Below, one piece after another: positions 27,260 through 35,584 of a stretch of 45,850 nt of DNA (within the stretch, counting starts at the first letter, position 1; the number at the start of each line of letters is the position of its first letter). Below the pieces are notes generated by a model. That model did not search any database and was not told where the DNA came from. It was given only the letters and a program-made list of their open reading frames with translations. The stretch comes from Candidatus Levybacteria bacterium RIFCSPHIGHO2_02_FULL_40_18 (GTDB lineage Bacteria > Patescibacteriota > Microgenomatia > Levybacterales > GWA1-39-11): contig MFOC01000003.1 of the NCBI GenBank assembly GCA_001782235.1, forward strand, positions 1 to 45,850, in the 5' to 3' direction. A program made the translations under genes and the position numbers.

Positions 27260-27565
27260 ATGAACATAGTATTGGTTCTCGCAGAGATTGCGATCGCAGT
27301 CATTGGATATTTTGCTCTCCGAGCAAAGTACGTCTGGCTGGTCAAAGACCAAGGCATACACCCAATGTACGTAATTGTCGGGCTTGTTCTCATGCTGAGT
27401 TTCACTCTAATGTCGATGATGATTTCGATTGGGGTTGAAACATTCACGTGGACCAGCGCGATAATCCTTATGCCAGCACCGCTGATGCTTGCTTTGCCGC
27501 TCTTGTTGGGCAAGCTCGAGCGCCGCATCAACACTGGCCGCGCCCACCGATCTAAAACCGAATAG
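27260..27565 (+). CDS. 101-aa three-TM small membrane protein
   Basis: A purine-rich RBS (GGAAAGGGAAG) precedes the ATG. Hydrophobic segments IVLVLAEIAIAVIGYFAL, YVIVGLVLMLSFTLMSMMISIGV and AIILMPAPLMLALPLLLG, with a basic tail. Confidence 0.6.
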   Translation: MNIVLVLAEIAIAVIGYFALRAKYVWLVKDQGIHPMYVIVGLVLMLSFTLMSMMISIGVETFTWTSAIILMPAPLMLALPLLLGKLERRINTGRAHRSKTE

Positions 27566-27626
27566 TCCGTGCCGACAACTTAATGCGCTCTCCCCGCCTA
27601 TAGCGAGGGGGTTCCGATTCTATCGG

Positions 27627-27653
27627 AAACAAATCAATACCGATTAAATCGGT
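27627..27653 (-). terminator. Possible intrinsic terminator for the histidine kinase operon
   Basis: ACCGAT-TAA-ATCGGT hairpin (27639-27653), followed on the minus strand by ATTGATTTGTTT. Confidence 0.35.
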
Positions 27654-27681
27654 ATAAACAAACAGCGCATTTCTACTTTTT

Positions 27682-28539
27682 TCATCCAGGCGAAACCATA
27701 GTGCTCGCTTCAACGCTCCCTGCGGTTTGCATTTTCTCCTGATCAAAAGGCAAAGTGAAGAATACTTTTGTCCCCTGACCCTCTTTTGATTCTATCCAAA
27801 TTTTTCCTCCATGAGCTTCTACAATTTGTTTAGTGATGAACAAACCAAGACCGCTTGATTCATCCCCGCCGGGCCGGAGGCCCTCTGGGCCGGAGGCGCC
27901 ATCATTGTCAATTTGGCCGAATTTTGTGAAGAGAAAGACTTTTTTATTCTCAGGTATACCTACACCATTATCCTCTACGCAAACCTCTATTTCCGCCTCT
28001 TTTGCTTGAATTTTAACTTCTATTTTTCCGCCTTGTTTTGTGAATTTTAAACTGTTTGAGATTAAGTTGTTTATGACTTGCCCAATTCTTCCTGGGTCAA
28101 AAAAAAATTGAGGAATTGTTGTAGGCTGAAAAACTAAGTATACCCCTTTTCCAGCAGCAGCATATGAAAATACATCAATATGTTCTTTAATAATCACAGA
28201 TAGATCAGACTTTACCTTTCTAATTATAAATTTCCCCTCTTCTACCTTTGCCGAATCAAGAATCTCAGAAATTCGTGAAAGCATCTCGCGGGAAGAATCA
28301 AAGATAACATGAAGCATTTTGTTCCGCTCCTCTTCTCCTATGCTTTTTGATAACAATAGCGACGCCGCACCTTTTATGGCCGTTATCGGGGCGCGAAGTT
28401 CGTGAACAATTACATGCATTCTTTCAGAAGCCACATCGTCACGAGTTTTTTCTTTGTTTGCTCTTCTTTCTCCCCTAAAGGACAGGTAGGCGGCAAGACC
28501 CGCAAACACGACCGTGGTCAGGGCAAAAAACCACACCAT
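27682..28539 (-). CDS. Sensor histidine kinase (one TM helix, HisKA, HATPase_c)
   Basis: H box HELRAPITAIKGAASLL, N box NLISNSLKFT, G1 VEDNGVGIP, G2 SSGLGLFI. A GC-rich in-frame element lies between G1 and G2. Confidence 0.9.
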   Translation of the reverse strand: MVWFFALTTVVFAGLAAYLSFRGERRANKEKTRDDVASERMHVIVHELRAPITAIKGAASLLLSKSIGEEERNKMLHVIFDSSREMLSRISEILDSAKVEEGKFIIRKVKSDLSVIIKEHIDVFSYAAAGKGVYLVFQPTTIPQFFFDPGRIGQVINNLISNSLKFTKQGGKIEVKIQAKEAEIEVCVEDNGVGIPENKKVFLFTKFGQIDNDGASGPEGLRPGGDESSGLGLFITKQIVEAHGGKIWIESKEGQGTKVFFTLPFDQEKMQTAGSVEASTMVSPG

Positions 28540-28602
28540 GGTTTTAGTATCATGTATTTTGTATTATGTATCAAGTATTAAATTATACATGCTACATGAT
28601 AC

Positions 28603-28941
28603 TTATTTGGTGAGGGATTCTAGCTGATCAGCGGTCTTTTTTGAACCAACCACAATTATGTATGTACCTGCAACAAAACAAAACCCTTTTATAAGAAAAG
28701 CCAATGTCGAGTAGACATTATTTGTCGAAATTAAAAAGTATGAATTGAGTGCGTCTATAATTATTCCAAGGGCAATAAAGAGAATGCCGCCTGCAATAGT
28801 CTTAAATCCTGATGCAATAACTCCGGTCCCAAATTTATGAGTCAACTGGTACATTATCGCCGCACCGGTCACTGCCGCAAATGCTGCTATAAATGCCGTT
28901 CCTTCAACTAAAATTATAAAAAGACGCTCTGTGTCTATCAT
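28603..28941 (-). CDS. Hypothetical polytopic membrane protein (112 aa)
   Basis: Three to four hydrophobic helices. Start overlaps the upstream gene's stop (ATGA). Lies between the CheY-like gene and the kinase. Confidence 0.6.
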   Translation of the reverse strand: MIDTERLFIILVEGTAFIAAFAAVTGAAIMYQLTHKFGTGVIASGFKTIAGGILFIALGIIIDALNSYFLISTNNVYSTLAFLIKGFCFVAGTYIIVVGSKKTADQLESLTK

Positions 28942-29315
28942 TGGCTAACATTCAATGCCTTATTAAGATTTTCAGGAGGCGAAGGTTGCGCTGCGGGAAT
29001 CTGAACCTGTTCTACAGGCAGATCGCTCTCTCTTGCCGCCAAAATTGATTCCATTGTCTTTTTTACTATTAATCCTGATAATTCTACGAATTGATTGATT
29101 AAGTCTGTAAGGATGATCTGAGGATCTCCCTGAAGTGAGACAATTTCTCCGTTTGAATCAACTTGTATTCCCGGCACGTTTTTTACTTTTGACATAGTAA
29201 TATCCCGTCCTAAAATTGTCACCTGCCGCTTTATTAATTCCGAAATAACGTTTCTGTCCACTCCCATATTCCTACTATTCTCCGACAAGACTTTTGACTT
29301 TGGCTGCGAGGTCAT
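28938..29315 (-). CDS. Hypothetical soluble protein in the two-component operon
   Basis: ORF track gives 125 aa. In-frame ATG at complement 29265-29267 (MGVDRNVISELIKRQ...) would remove the 41-nt overlap with the response regulator and is the likelier start. Confidence 0.55.
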   Translation of the reverse strand: MTSQPKSKVLSENSRNMGVDRNVISELIKRQVTILGRDITMSKVKNVPGIQVDSNGEIVSLQGDPQIILTDLINQFVELSGLIVKKTMESILAARESDLPVEQVQIPAAQPSPPENLNKALNVSQ

Positions 29316-29661
29316 TTGGAGCTACTTGATACTTTAAGATATAGTCATTGGCGCCTAAGTTAAGCGCCTCTTTTATCATTTCGTCGTGACCAAAGTTTGT
29401 AAGCATCGCAACCGGAATATTTTTTGTTTCTTCATTCGATTTTAAGGTTTTGAGTACATCTACCCCTGACATATCGGGCATCATTTGATCAATAAGAATT
29501 GCGTCAAATTTATTACTCTTTACGGCATCAAGACCGCTTTTTCCATCAGAAGCAATAGTTACAGAGTATCCTGCCGCGGTAAGCCCGGTCTGAAAAACCT
29601 GCGCCATCTCATTCTCATCATCAATGAGTAGGATATTCTTCATAATATCGAGAATAGTCAA
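29275..29661 (-). CDS. Single-domain response regulator (CheY-like receiver)
   Basis: ILLIDDENEM, DAILIDQMMPDMSGVDVL, IPVAMLTNFG, GANDYILKY. No output domain. Confidence 0.9.
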   Translation of the reverse strand: MTILDIMKNILLIDDENEMAQVFQTGLTAAGYSVTIASDGKSGLDAVKSNKFDAILIDQMMPDMSGVDVLKTLKSNEETKNIPVAMLTNFGHDEMIKEALNLGANDYILKYQVAPNDLAAKVKSLVGE

Positions 29662-29895
29662 AATAGCTAAAATGGCTACATAGCTTTTTTTAAACTATTC
29701 TAACCATTCAACTATTCTAGCTATTCAATTATATTTTAAGGCTACCATACGCCGTGAAAGGAATGCAAGGGGTAAATTGCATAGCAATTTACCTCGAAGT
29801 CCGCCATAAATCGCTCTTCGAGCCGTATTCGAATAGAATTGAAAAGGCGAGAAGTAAGATTAGGCGGGCAAGAGGCAATTCATTAAACTACGAAG

Positions 29896-30453
29896 CTACA
29901 ACAAGGACTTCCGAGGTGGCGTCCACAAGGGGCTTACACTTCTATAGTAGGCATCTATATACCTCTGGTCATCCCATGGATCGGGAGGCTCGACAAACGG
30001 CTTTGATTCATCGGGAACCATAGAAGCAAACCGGGAATCATACTCAGCAAGCCTAATCGAATCTGGTATATTTTTAAAATCAGGAAGAGACGAAACTGCC
30101 TCTAACTCTATAAGAAAACATTGCCTAACACCTCTATAATTTCCTTCTTTTGCTTCGGCCAGCGCTGGGACAAGTAAATCAATATTATCGTCTGTTCCAC
30201 TAGTCGAGCTCGCACCGAGGAACACTTCAAGCTCTTTTTCTACCTGAAGTCTTTTTAACGAGTAGAAAATCCGTAAAACAGCAATCTCCGCCACGCTATC
30301 TCCCGAAAGACTTTCGTCTACGGCCTTGAGAAGTAATCTCATAGAGTTTTGAGTAGCAAACACGGCAATCGAATGCTTTCTTCGTAATTCCTGAAAAGTT
30401 TTGTCTCGGGATTCAGCCTCCATCTCATTCTCCTTATGCTCTGATTGTATCAT
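29896..30453 (-). CDS. Hypothetical protein (185 aa)
   Basis: Clean ORF, acidic and helical, with no motif I recognise. Confidence 0.5.
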   Translation of the reverse strand: MIQSEHKENEMEAESRDKTFQELRRKHSIAVFATQNSMRLLLKAVDESLSGDSVAEIAVLRIFYSLKRLQVEKELEVFLGASSTSGTDDNIDLLVPALAEAKEGNYRGVRQCFLIELEAVSSLPDFKNIPDSIRLAEYDSRFASMVPDESKPFVEPPDPWDDQRYIDAYYRSVSPLWTPPRKSLL

Positions 30454-30502
30454 AAAAACTTAGAGCCCAAGAAGAATTTCTAAAAAGCGTTATAATAATT
30501 AC

Positions 30503-31321
30503 ATGAGCCAAACTATTGCTCATGCATTTCTTTTTGATGTTGATGGAGTGATTACTGATCCTGCCGAGAAAAAAGTAACTCAAAAAGGTTTGATTGAGGC
30601 TATCGCGGAAAGACTTGATTCAGATGAAGTCGTTACATTGAATACTGGACGCTCTATTTCTTGGCTTTCGGAAAAAGGGATATTCAGGGAACTCGAAACA
30701 TCAGTCAAAGACAAGAGCAAGCTTTCAAACTTCATAGCAATTGGTGAAAAAGGGGGAACCTGGCAAGCATATGAGGCTGGGACATGGAAAAATCATATTG
30801 ATGAATCAATTGAGGTACCTTTGGAACTGCAAGATAGAATCAGAAGGTTAATCGAAGAACGATTTTCTGACCTTATGTTTTTCGATGAAAGCAAACTGAC
30901 AATGATTTCAACAGAAATGATTGATGGAAAATCGATAACCGAATTTTCTGAGAAGCAAAAAGATCTTGTTGAAGAGATGAATAGAATATTGCTTGATCCT
31001 GACTACAAAAACCTGAATTTGAGAATTGATCCTACAACCATTGCAACTGATATCCAAAACGCTCATGTTGGAAAGCACTTGGGAGCAAGAAAAATCGCTG
31101 ATTGGATACAATCAAAAGGCATCAAACCAGAACATTTTATAACCGTTGGAGATAGTCAGTCTGATACTGATATGGCTGAGGAACTCCAGGATGATTACCC
31201 AGTTGAGTTTGTCTTTGTCGGTGATCCGGAAAAACTTGATAGTAGCCGTCTCCACTGCCCTATTATATTTACAAAGGCAAGATATAGTGCCGGCGCCCTT
31301 GAATATCTCAAAAGTCTATGA
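30503..31321 (+). CDS. HAD-superfamily hydrolase (IIB/Cof-like)
   Basis: Motif I FLFDVDGVITDP, motif II LNTGRS, motif IV VGDSQSDTDMA. Confidence 0.75.
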   Translation: MSQTIAHAFLFDVDGVITDPAEKKVTQKGLIEAIAERLDSDEVVTLNTGRSISWLSEKGIFRELETSVKDKSKLSNFIAIGEKGGTWQAYEAGTWKNHIDESIEVPLELQDRIRRLIEERFSDLMFFDESKLTMISTEMIDGKSITEFSEKQKDLVEEMNRILLDPDYKNLNLRIDPTTIATDIQNAHVGKHLGARKIADWIQSKGIKPEHFITVGDSQSDTDMAEELQDDYPVEFVFVGDPEKLDSSRLHCPIIFTKARYSAGALEYLKSL

Positions 31322-31441
31322 TTATCTTCTCCGAGGTTTCTTATTCGTAGATACTTTATAGGCAATAAACGCCAGAAAGGCAAGAATTAAAACAAGCGCA
31401 TACATAACCGCAGCATTATTTGCAATCTCAGTAAACGTCAT
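31322..31441 (-). CDS. Possible 39-aa single-TM peptide
   Basis: My translation: MTFTEIANNAAVMYALVLILAFLAFIAYKVSTNKKPRRR. The start overlaps the upstream ORF's stop as ATGA. Confidence 0.35.
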   Translation of the reverse strand: MTFTEIANNAAVMYALVLILAFLAFIAYKVSTNKKPRRR

Positions 31442-31632
31442 GGTTTAGTTATCTCCTCTCGAAGCTTCTTGGCTAAGATTAAAGATAATATAGCAAGACT
31501 GATCTTCAATGTCAATGACGGCAATGAACTAAACGATTCTTCGAATAATTGAGTGTCAACAAATACAGAAGCGAACCAAACCACAGATAAATCAACCAAT
31601 GCTTCTGAGAAAATTTGGAACCATATTTTCAT
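31438..31632 (-). CDS. 64-aa small membrane protein
   Basis: MKIWFQIFSEALVDLSVVWFASVFVD...LAILSLILAKKL. Same strand as the competence genes and downstream of them. Confidence 0.5.
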   Translation of the reverse strand: MKIWFQIFSEALVDLSVVWFASVFVDTQLFEESFSSLPSLTLKISLAILSLILAKKLREEITKP

Positions 31633-31678
31633 TATAAAAGTTTAAGTACTAAAACTATTTTATGTCAACAGTCAATTG

Positions 31679-32551
31679 TCAGTTGTCAATGACTTTGGTG
31701 GTTTTGCCGTCAGTCACTATCTTAATGGAACCATGCACATCTGTTCTTTTATAGCCGATGCCGAATTTTTTGAGCAAGGCAAGGACGCTTGGATGAGGGT
31801 GATGGTAGGAGTTGTTTTTCCCGGCCGAGATTATGGCAAGGGATACTTTGATCTTCTCGAATGTCGAATCGTCTACTCCGGTTTTTGAACCGTGATGGGG
31901 AAGTTTAAAAACCTCTATCGATTCAGGCTCGAAATCCAAGGCGTCTAGAATTTGATAAGTAATATCTCCTGTCAAAAGCAAATCGAAGTCCCCGAACCTA
32001 AGGATCTGAACTAAGGAATATTCGTTGGTATCTTGAGACGAAAAGCCCTCCCTTGGCCCTCCGGGCCAGAGCGCCCTCTGGGCCGGCGGCCATTTTGTTT
32101 CTATAACTACTCCATCGGACAGAGAAAAACTATCGCCTTGCGAGATCTCTCGATGCGGAATTTTTTTATCTGAAATTGTGCTTTTGAGAGTTTCAAAAAT
32201 CTTGGTATCTTTTTTTGCGGAAACAGTATTAAAAGATTTCACACTATAACTTTCTAGAACATCTACAAGCCCTGCAATATGGTCTGCATCCGGATGCGTT
32301 GCAAACATCAATTCGATATCTCTATCCCAAACTGGCATGTTATCCGAAAGGCAATCTAAAACCTTTTTATCCCGACCACCATCTACTAAAATATCAACTT
32401 GGCCCGGTGTTCTAATATATATTGCATCTCCCTGTCCCACATCACAGAAAACAACTGTTAAAACTTCATCAGAAAGTTGTCCAGTCTGATAAGAAAAGAT
32501 AAAAATTAAAGAAACTAGCGAGATGACAATCGGGAAAAAAATTTTCTTCAT
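31679..32551 (-). CDS. comEC: ComEC C-terminal metallo-beta-lactamase domain, encoded as a separate ORF
   Basis: VVFCDVGQGDAIYIRTPG, ILVDGG, THPDADHIAGL, LPHHGSKTG, with its own N-terminal TM helix. Carries a GC-rich in-frame element at 32046-32091. Confidence 0.85.
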   Translation of the reverse strand: MKKIFFPIVISLVSLIFIFSYQTGQLSDEVLTVVFCDVGQGDAIYIRTPGQVDILVDGGRDKKVLDCLSDNMPVWDRDIELMFATHPDADHIAGLVDVLESYSVKSFNTVSAKKDTKIFETLKSTISDKKIPHREISQGDSFSLSDGVVIETKWPPAQRALWPGGPREGFSSQDTNEYSLVQILRFGDFDLLLTGDITYQILDALDFEPESIEVFKLPHHGSKTGVDDSTFEKIKVSLAIISAGKNNSYHHPHPSVLALLKKFGIGYKRTDVHGSIKIVTDGKTTKVIDN

Positions 32552-32569
32552 AGTCTAACTTGTGTTCTA

Positions 32570-32697
32570 GAAAATAGTTGTAGGAAATTGGACAATGGTT
32601 ATAGAAATAGGATATTGAAAATAAGTATTTAAAAGCTATTTTCTATTTTCAATTTTCCATTACTAATTTCTATTTTCTAATAACCAATTTCTTGTTT
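32570..32697. repeat. Hairpin element (GGAAATTGG word family) separating the two comEC ORFs
   Basis: Left arm GGAAATTGGACAATGGTTATAGAAATAGGATATTGAAAATAAG. Right arm CTATTTTCTATTTTCAATTTTCCATTACTAATTTCTATTTTCTAATAACCAATTTC. The upstream ORF's last codons and stop (..KKLVIRK*) lie inside the right arm. Confidence 0.65.
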
Positions 32698-33656
32698 AAC
32701 CATAATATTCCTGCTAACAGTATCAAATAATATCCTGCGATAATGGCCCAAGGGACATTGTTTACCTCGATCGATGTAACTTTCGAAGCAAAAAAATCAA
32801 CCACTACCTGAAAATACGAAAGAAGTGGAAAAGAAAGATAAATAAAGGGAGACGCCAAAGATTTTGAGATAAAACTTGCAGCTGCGCTTATTCCTCCTAG
32901 AACCATTAAGGGCGGGACTGTCCAAAGAACCAAAAAATTGACAATTATCGAAATTGGAGAATAAGTTCCAAAAAAGAATAACAGAATTGGAGTTGTTGCG
33001 ATTTGGGCCGAGATTGTTGTTCGAAAATCCTCGAAAAAATAATGCTTGAACAATCCTCTTTTTAAAATGGGGTCCAATAAAATAATCCCAAGAGTTGCCG
33101 AAAAGGATAAAATAAAGCTGATTGAGCTTAAAACCCGAGGTTCCCAGAAAATCATGGCAAAAGCGGCGAAAGAAAGAGCAAGAAGCGATGTATTTTGACG
33201 GCCTATCAACCCTGCACTAAGTGCAAATAATGCCATAATCGCGGCTCGAATAATTGAGGGCTGGAAATCTGCCAAGGCGACATAGAATAGAACTATAACT
33301 GAAGTTACAATGAGCGCGTACTGGCGTCTTAAGAAGACTACCAAAGTTCCTAGCAGAAAAGAAGTCAGCATGCTAACGTTCATGCCAGACGCCGCCACGA
33401 CATGAAGGACTCCGGTCTGAATGAACTTCTCTTTTGAGGTCTTCGTGAGATTCTCACCAAAAACTACCCCTATTAATAAATCTGCATCTTTCGGGTTCAA
33501 TACTGAGCGATAAATTTCTTTAATATGACTTTTTATATCTTGAACAACAGCTATGTTAGTTGTATTGGTCGTTTTTATCGTTTTATTCTCGAATGAATAG
33601 AAAAGCACTACGCGGACAAGAAAAACGAGTGAAAGAATGATGATAAACCTAAGCAT
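32670..33656 (-). CDS. comEC: ComEC/Rec2 membrane channel (Competence domain) portion
   Basis: LIGVVFGENLTKTSKEKFIQTGVLHVVAASGMNVSMLTSFLL plus many TM helices. Confidence 0.85.
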   Translation of the reverse strand: MLRFIIILSLVFLVRVVLFYSFENKTIKTTNTTNIAVVQDIKSHIKEIYRSVLNPKDADLLIGVVFGENLTKTSKEKFIQTGVLHVVAASGMNVSMLTSFLLGTLVVFLRRQYALIVTSVIVLFYVALADFQPSIIRAAIMALFALSAGLIGRQNTSLLALSFAAFAMIFWEPRVLSSISFILSFSATLGIILLDPILKRGLFKHYFFEDFRTTISAQIATTPILLFFFGTYSPISIIVNFLVLWTVPPLMVLGGISAAASFISKSLASPFIYLSFPLLSYFQVVVDFFASKVTSIEVNNVPWAIIAGYYLILLAGILWLNKKLVIRK

Positions 33657-33800
33657 GGGAAATTGGTTGTTAGAAATTAGAAAATGGTTATAGAAATTAG
33701 ATACTAGAAATTGGGGTTATTTATTATTATTTAACTATTTTCTATTTTCCACACTCCATTACTAATTTCCATTTTCAAATAACTATTTTCAAATACTCTA
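33657..33800. repeat. Hairpin element (GGAAATTGG word family) between comEA and comEC
   Basis: Left arm GGAAATTGGTTGTTAGAAATTAGAAAATGGTTATAGAAATTAGATACTAGAAATTGG. Right arm CTATTTTCTATTTTCCACACTCCATTACTAATTTCCATTTTCAAATAACTATTTTC. Confidence 0.65.
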
Positions 33801-33803
33801 TCA

Positions 33804-34412
33804 TCATAGACTAATTAGGTCTCGAATCTTCTCATATGTTGCTTTTCCGACTATTTTTCTTTCTAATAACTCTTCTACCGAACCATATGGTCGATTGTCT
33901 ATAATTTTCCCTGCTGTCACAGGCCCAATCCCCGGCAACTCTTCAAGTTCAGATGTCGAAGCCGAATTTACCGAAATCAAACCCGTGATACTTGCTTGCC
34001 CTGAGCTTGTCGAACGGGTGGTACCCGTCACAATCTCCCCTTCTGCTGGAACATATATTTTTTGTCCGTCAACAATTTTGGCTGCAAGATTAATGGCTTT
34101 TCTATTTGCATCCGAAGTTAACCCACCGGCCGCAATTAGAGCATCCTGCACACGCGCATCTTGAGAAAGTTCATAAACGCCCGGTTTTATTACTTCTCCT
34201 TCAACGTCAACCTTAATTTTTGAAACCGACGAACCCTCAACGGCTTGTCCATCTTCAAATTTAATCGAAGCCTGCTGCTGCCCCGTCATCTGTATCAAAC
34301 CACTACTTAATAATATCAACCCTACTACAAACAGCCCCACAATAAGAAAATTTTGTTTTGCAAACAGCAAGGCCTTATCATGAAATGATTTTTCGGAAGT
34401 GTCCACTGACAA
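33804..34412 (-). CDS. comEA: Competence protein ComEA (TM, SLBB, helix-hairpin-helix)
   Basis: VDVEGEVIKPGVYELSQDARVQDALIAAGG is SLBB-like. ELEELPGIGPVTAGKIIDNRPYGSVEEL is the HhH motif. Confidence 0.9.
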   Translation of the reverse strand: MSVDTSEKSFHDKALLFAKQNFLIVGLFVVGLILLSSGLIQMTGQQQASIKFEDGQAVEGSSVSKIKVDVEGEVIKPGVYELSQDARVQDALIAAGGLTSDANRKAINLAAKIVDGQKIYVPAEGEIVTGTTRSTSSGQASITGLISVNSASTSELEELPGIGPVTAGKIIDNRPYGSVEELLERKIVGKATYEKIRDLISL

Positions 34413-34439
34413 AATTGTAGATCGGCCAATTGTCAGTTG

Positions 34440-35570
34440 TCAATTGTTAGTAAGTTTTTTTGCAAGATATGCACCTAAAGAGGCCGCATCCTCTTTGCGA
34501 ATAAATAGATCTCTACGAACACGTAAATAGTACACAGAAACCGGACAATTAGGGTCTAAGTATCCTCGTACTTCTTCTGGTTTAATAGGAATCTCCTTTT
34601 CTTTTAAAAAGCTTACCATGGATATATACTCGGGATCTTTAGTAATACTTGTCGTTGGGATTTCCAAAGTAGCTCTGCCTAACACCTCGACAGGATTTGT
34701 TCGAAACGTATCAAATGAGGGGTGGGCAAATGCCTCTTTTGTCCTTTCATGGTTATTGAGTACAAAGCGGTAGGTATGTATCCGCTTCCTCCCACTTTCG
34801 TCTATAACTTGCTGTTCTACCTGTAGCACAGGGATCTCTAACTCTTTCAATAGTCGGTATGCGGCTGACAATCTCTTAGGGGGAAATACCCCTTCATTTC
34901 TGGCAGCTTTTCTAAGGGAAACTAGAATACCGGCTTTTCTTAAGTGTCTGCACACCTCAAGTCTGTTATGCCTCTCTATATCTTCAAATATCGCAAGAAT
35001 TTGCCTATCATCAAGTATTCCTCCTGCCAGAAAGCCCAGGTTTTCTTGGTATTTTCTCGTTTGCGCTTCTATTTTATAGGGAACAGCGCTTTTCCCTGCT
35101 ATCACCGCCTCTATTGCTGCACGCATCTTCCCGCCACGCGCTTGCGAAATTCGCATGCCTTTGTGAAGAGAGTATGGTTTTTTTGTAGAAAGACTTTCTC
35201 GTGGGAAAGCTTCTCTTAAAGCGGCGGGCGCAACATCCCATGATTGGCTTACTAACCGTTTTACAACTTGACGGACTCCTTCTCCTGTAACTCCACCTTG
35301 ATCCCCGATCTCTACTAAAACTGCATCTGTCCCTAAATGTCTTCCCAGGATTTCCCAATTTCGTACCCACTGCTGAAAGGTTTGGGTCATTGATTTTTTA
35401 TACCCAAACGGCTTTGGCGGATTTTTTTGATCCAAAAGAAAGGTCATTGCGGAAAAGAAACTTATCGTATTTTCAAATGAGGAAGCCGGTGAAACAGACA
35501 TTGGAACACCTTCAGCCAGAATTATTTCACCCTCAGGCACTTGTGCTGGCTGTAATTGTTCATGGGACAT
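34440..35570 (-). CDS. Hypothetical cytoplasmic protein (376 aa)
   Basis: Clean ORF packed tightly between leuS and comEA. No motif I recognise. Confidence 0.6.
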   Translation of the reverse strand: MSHEQLQPAQVPEGEIILAEGVPMSVSPASSFENTISFFSAMTFLLDQKNPPKPFGYKKSMTQTFQQWVRNWEILGRHLGTDAVLVEIGDQGGVTGEGVRQVVKRLVSQSWDVAPAALREAFPRESLSTKKPYSLHKGMRISQARGGKMRAAIEAVIAGKSAVPYKIEAQTRKYQENLGFLAGGILDDRQILAIFEDIERHNRLEVCRHLRKAGILVSLRKAARNEGVFPPKRLSAAYRLLKELEIPVLQVEQQVIDESGRKRIHTYRFVLNNHERTKEAFAHPSFDTFRTNPVEVLGRATLEIPTTSITKDPEYISMVSFLKEKEIPIKPEEVRGYLDPNCPVSVYYLRVRRDLFIRKEDAASLGAYLAKKLTNN

Positions 35571-35584
35571 TGTGCGATATTATA

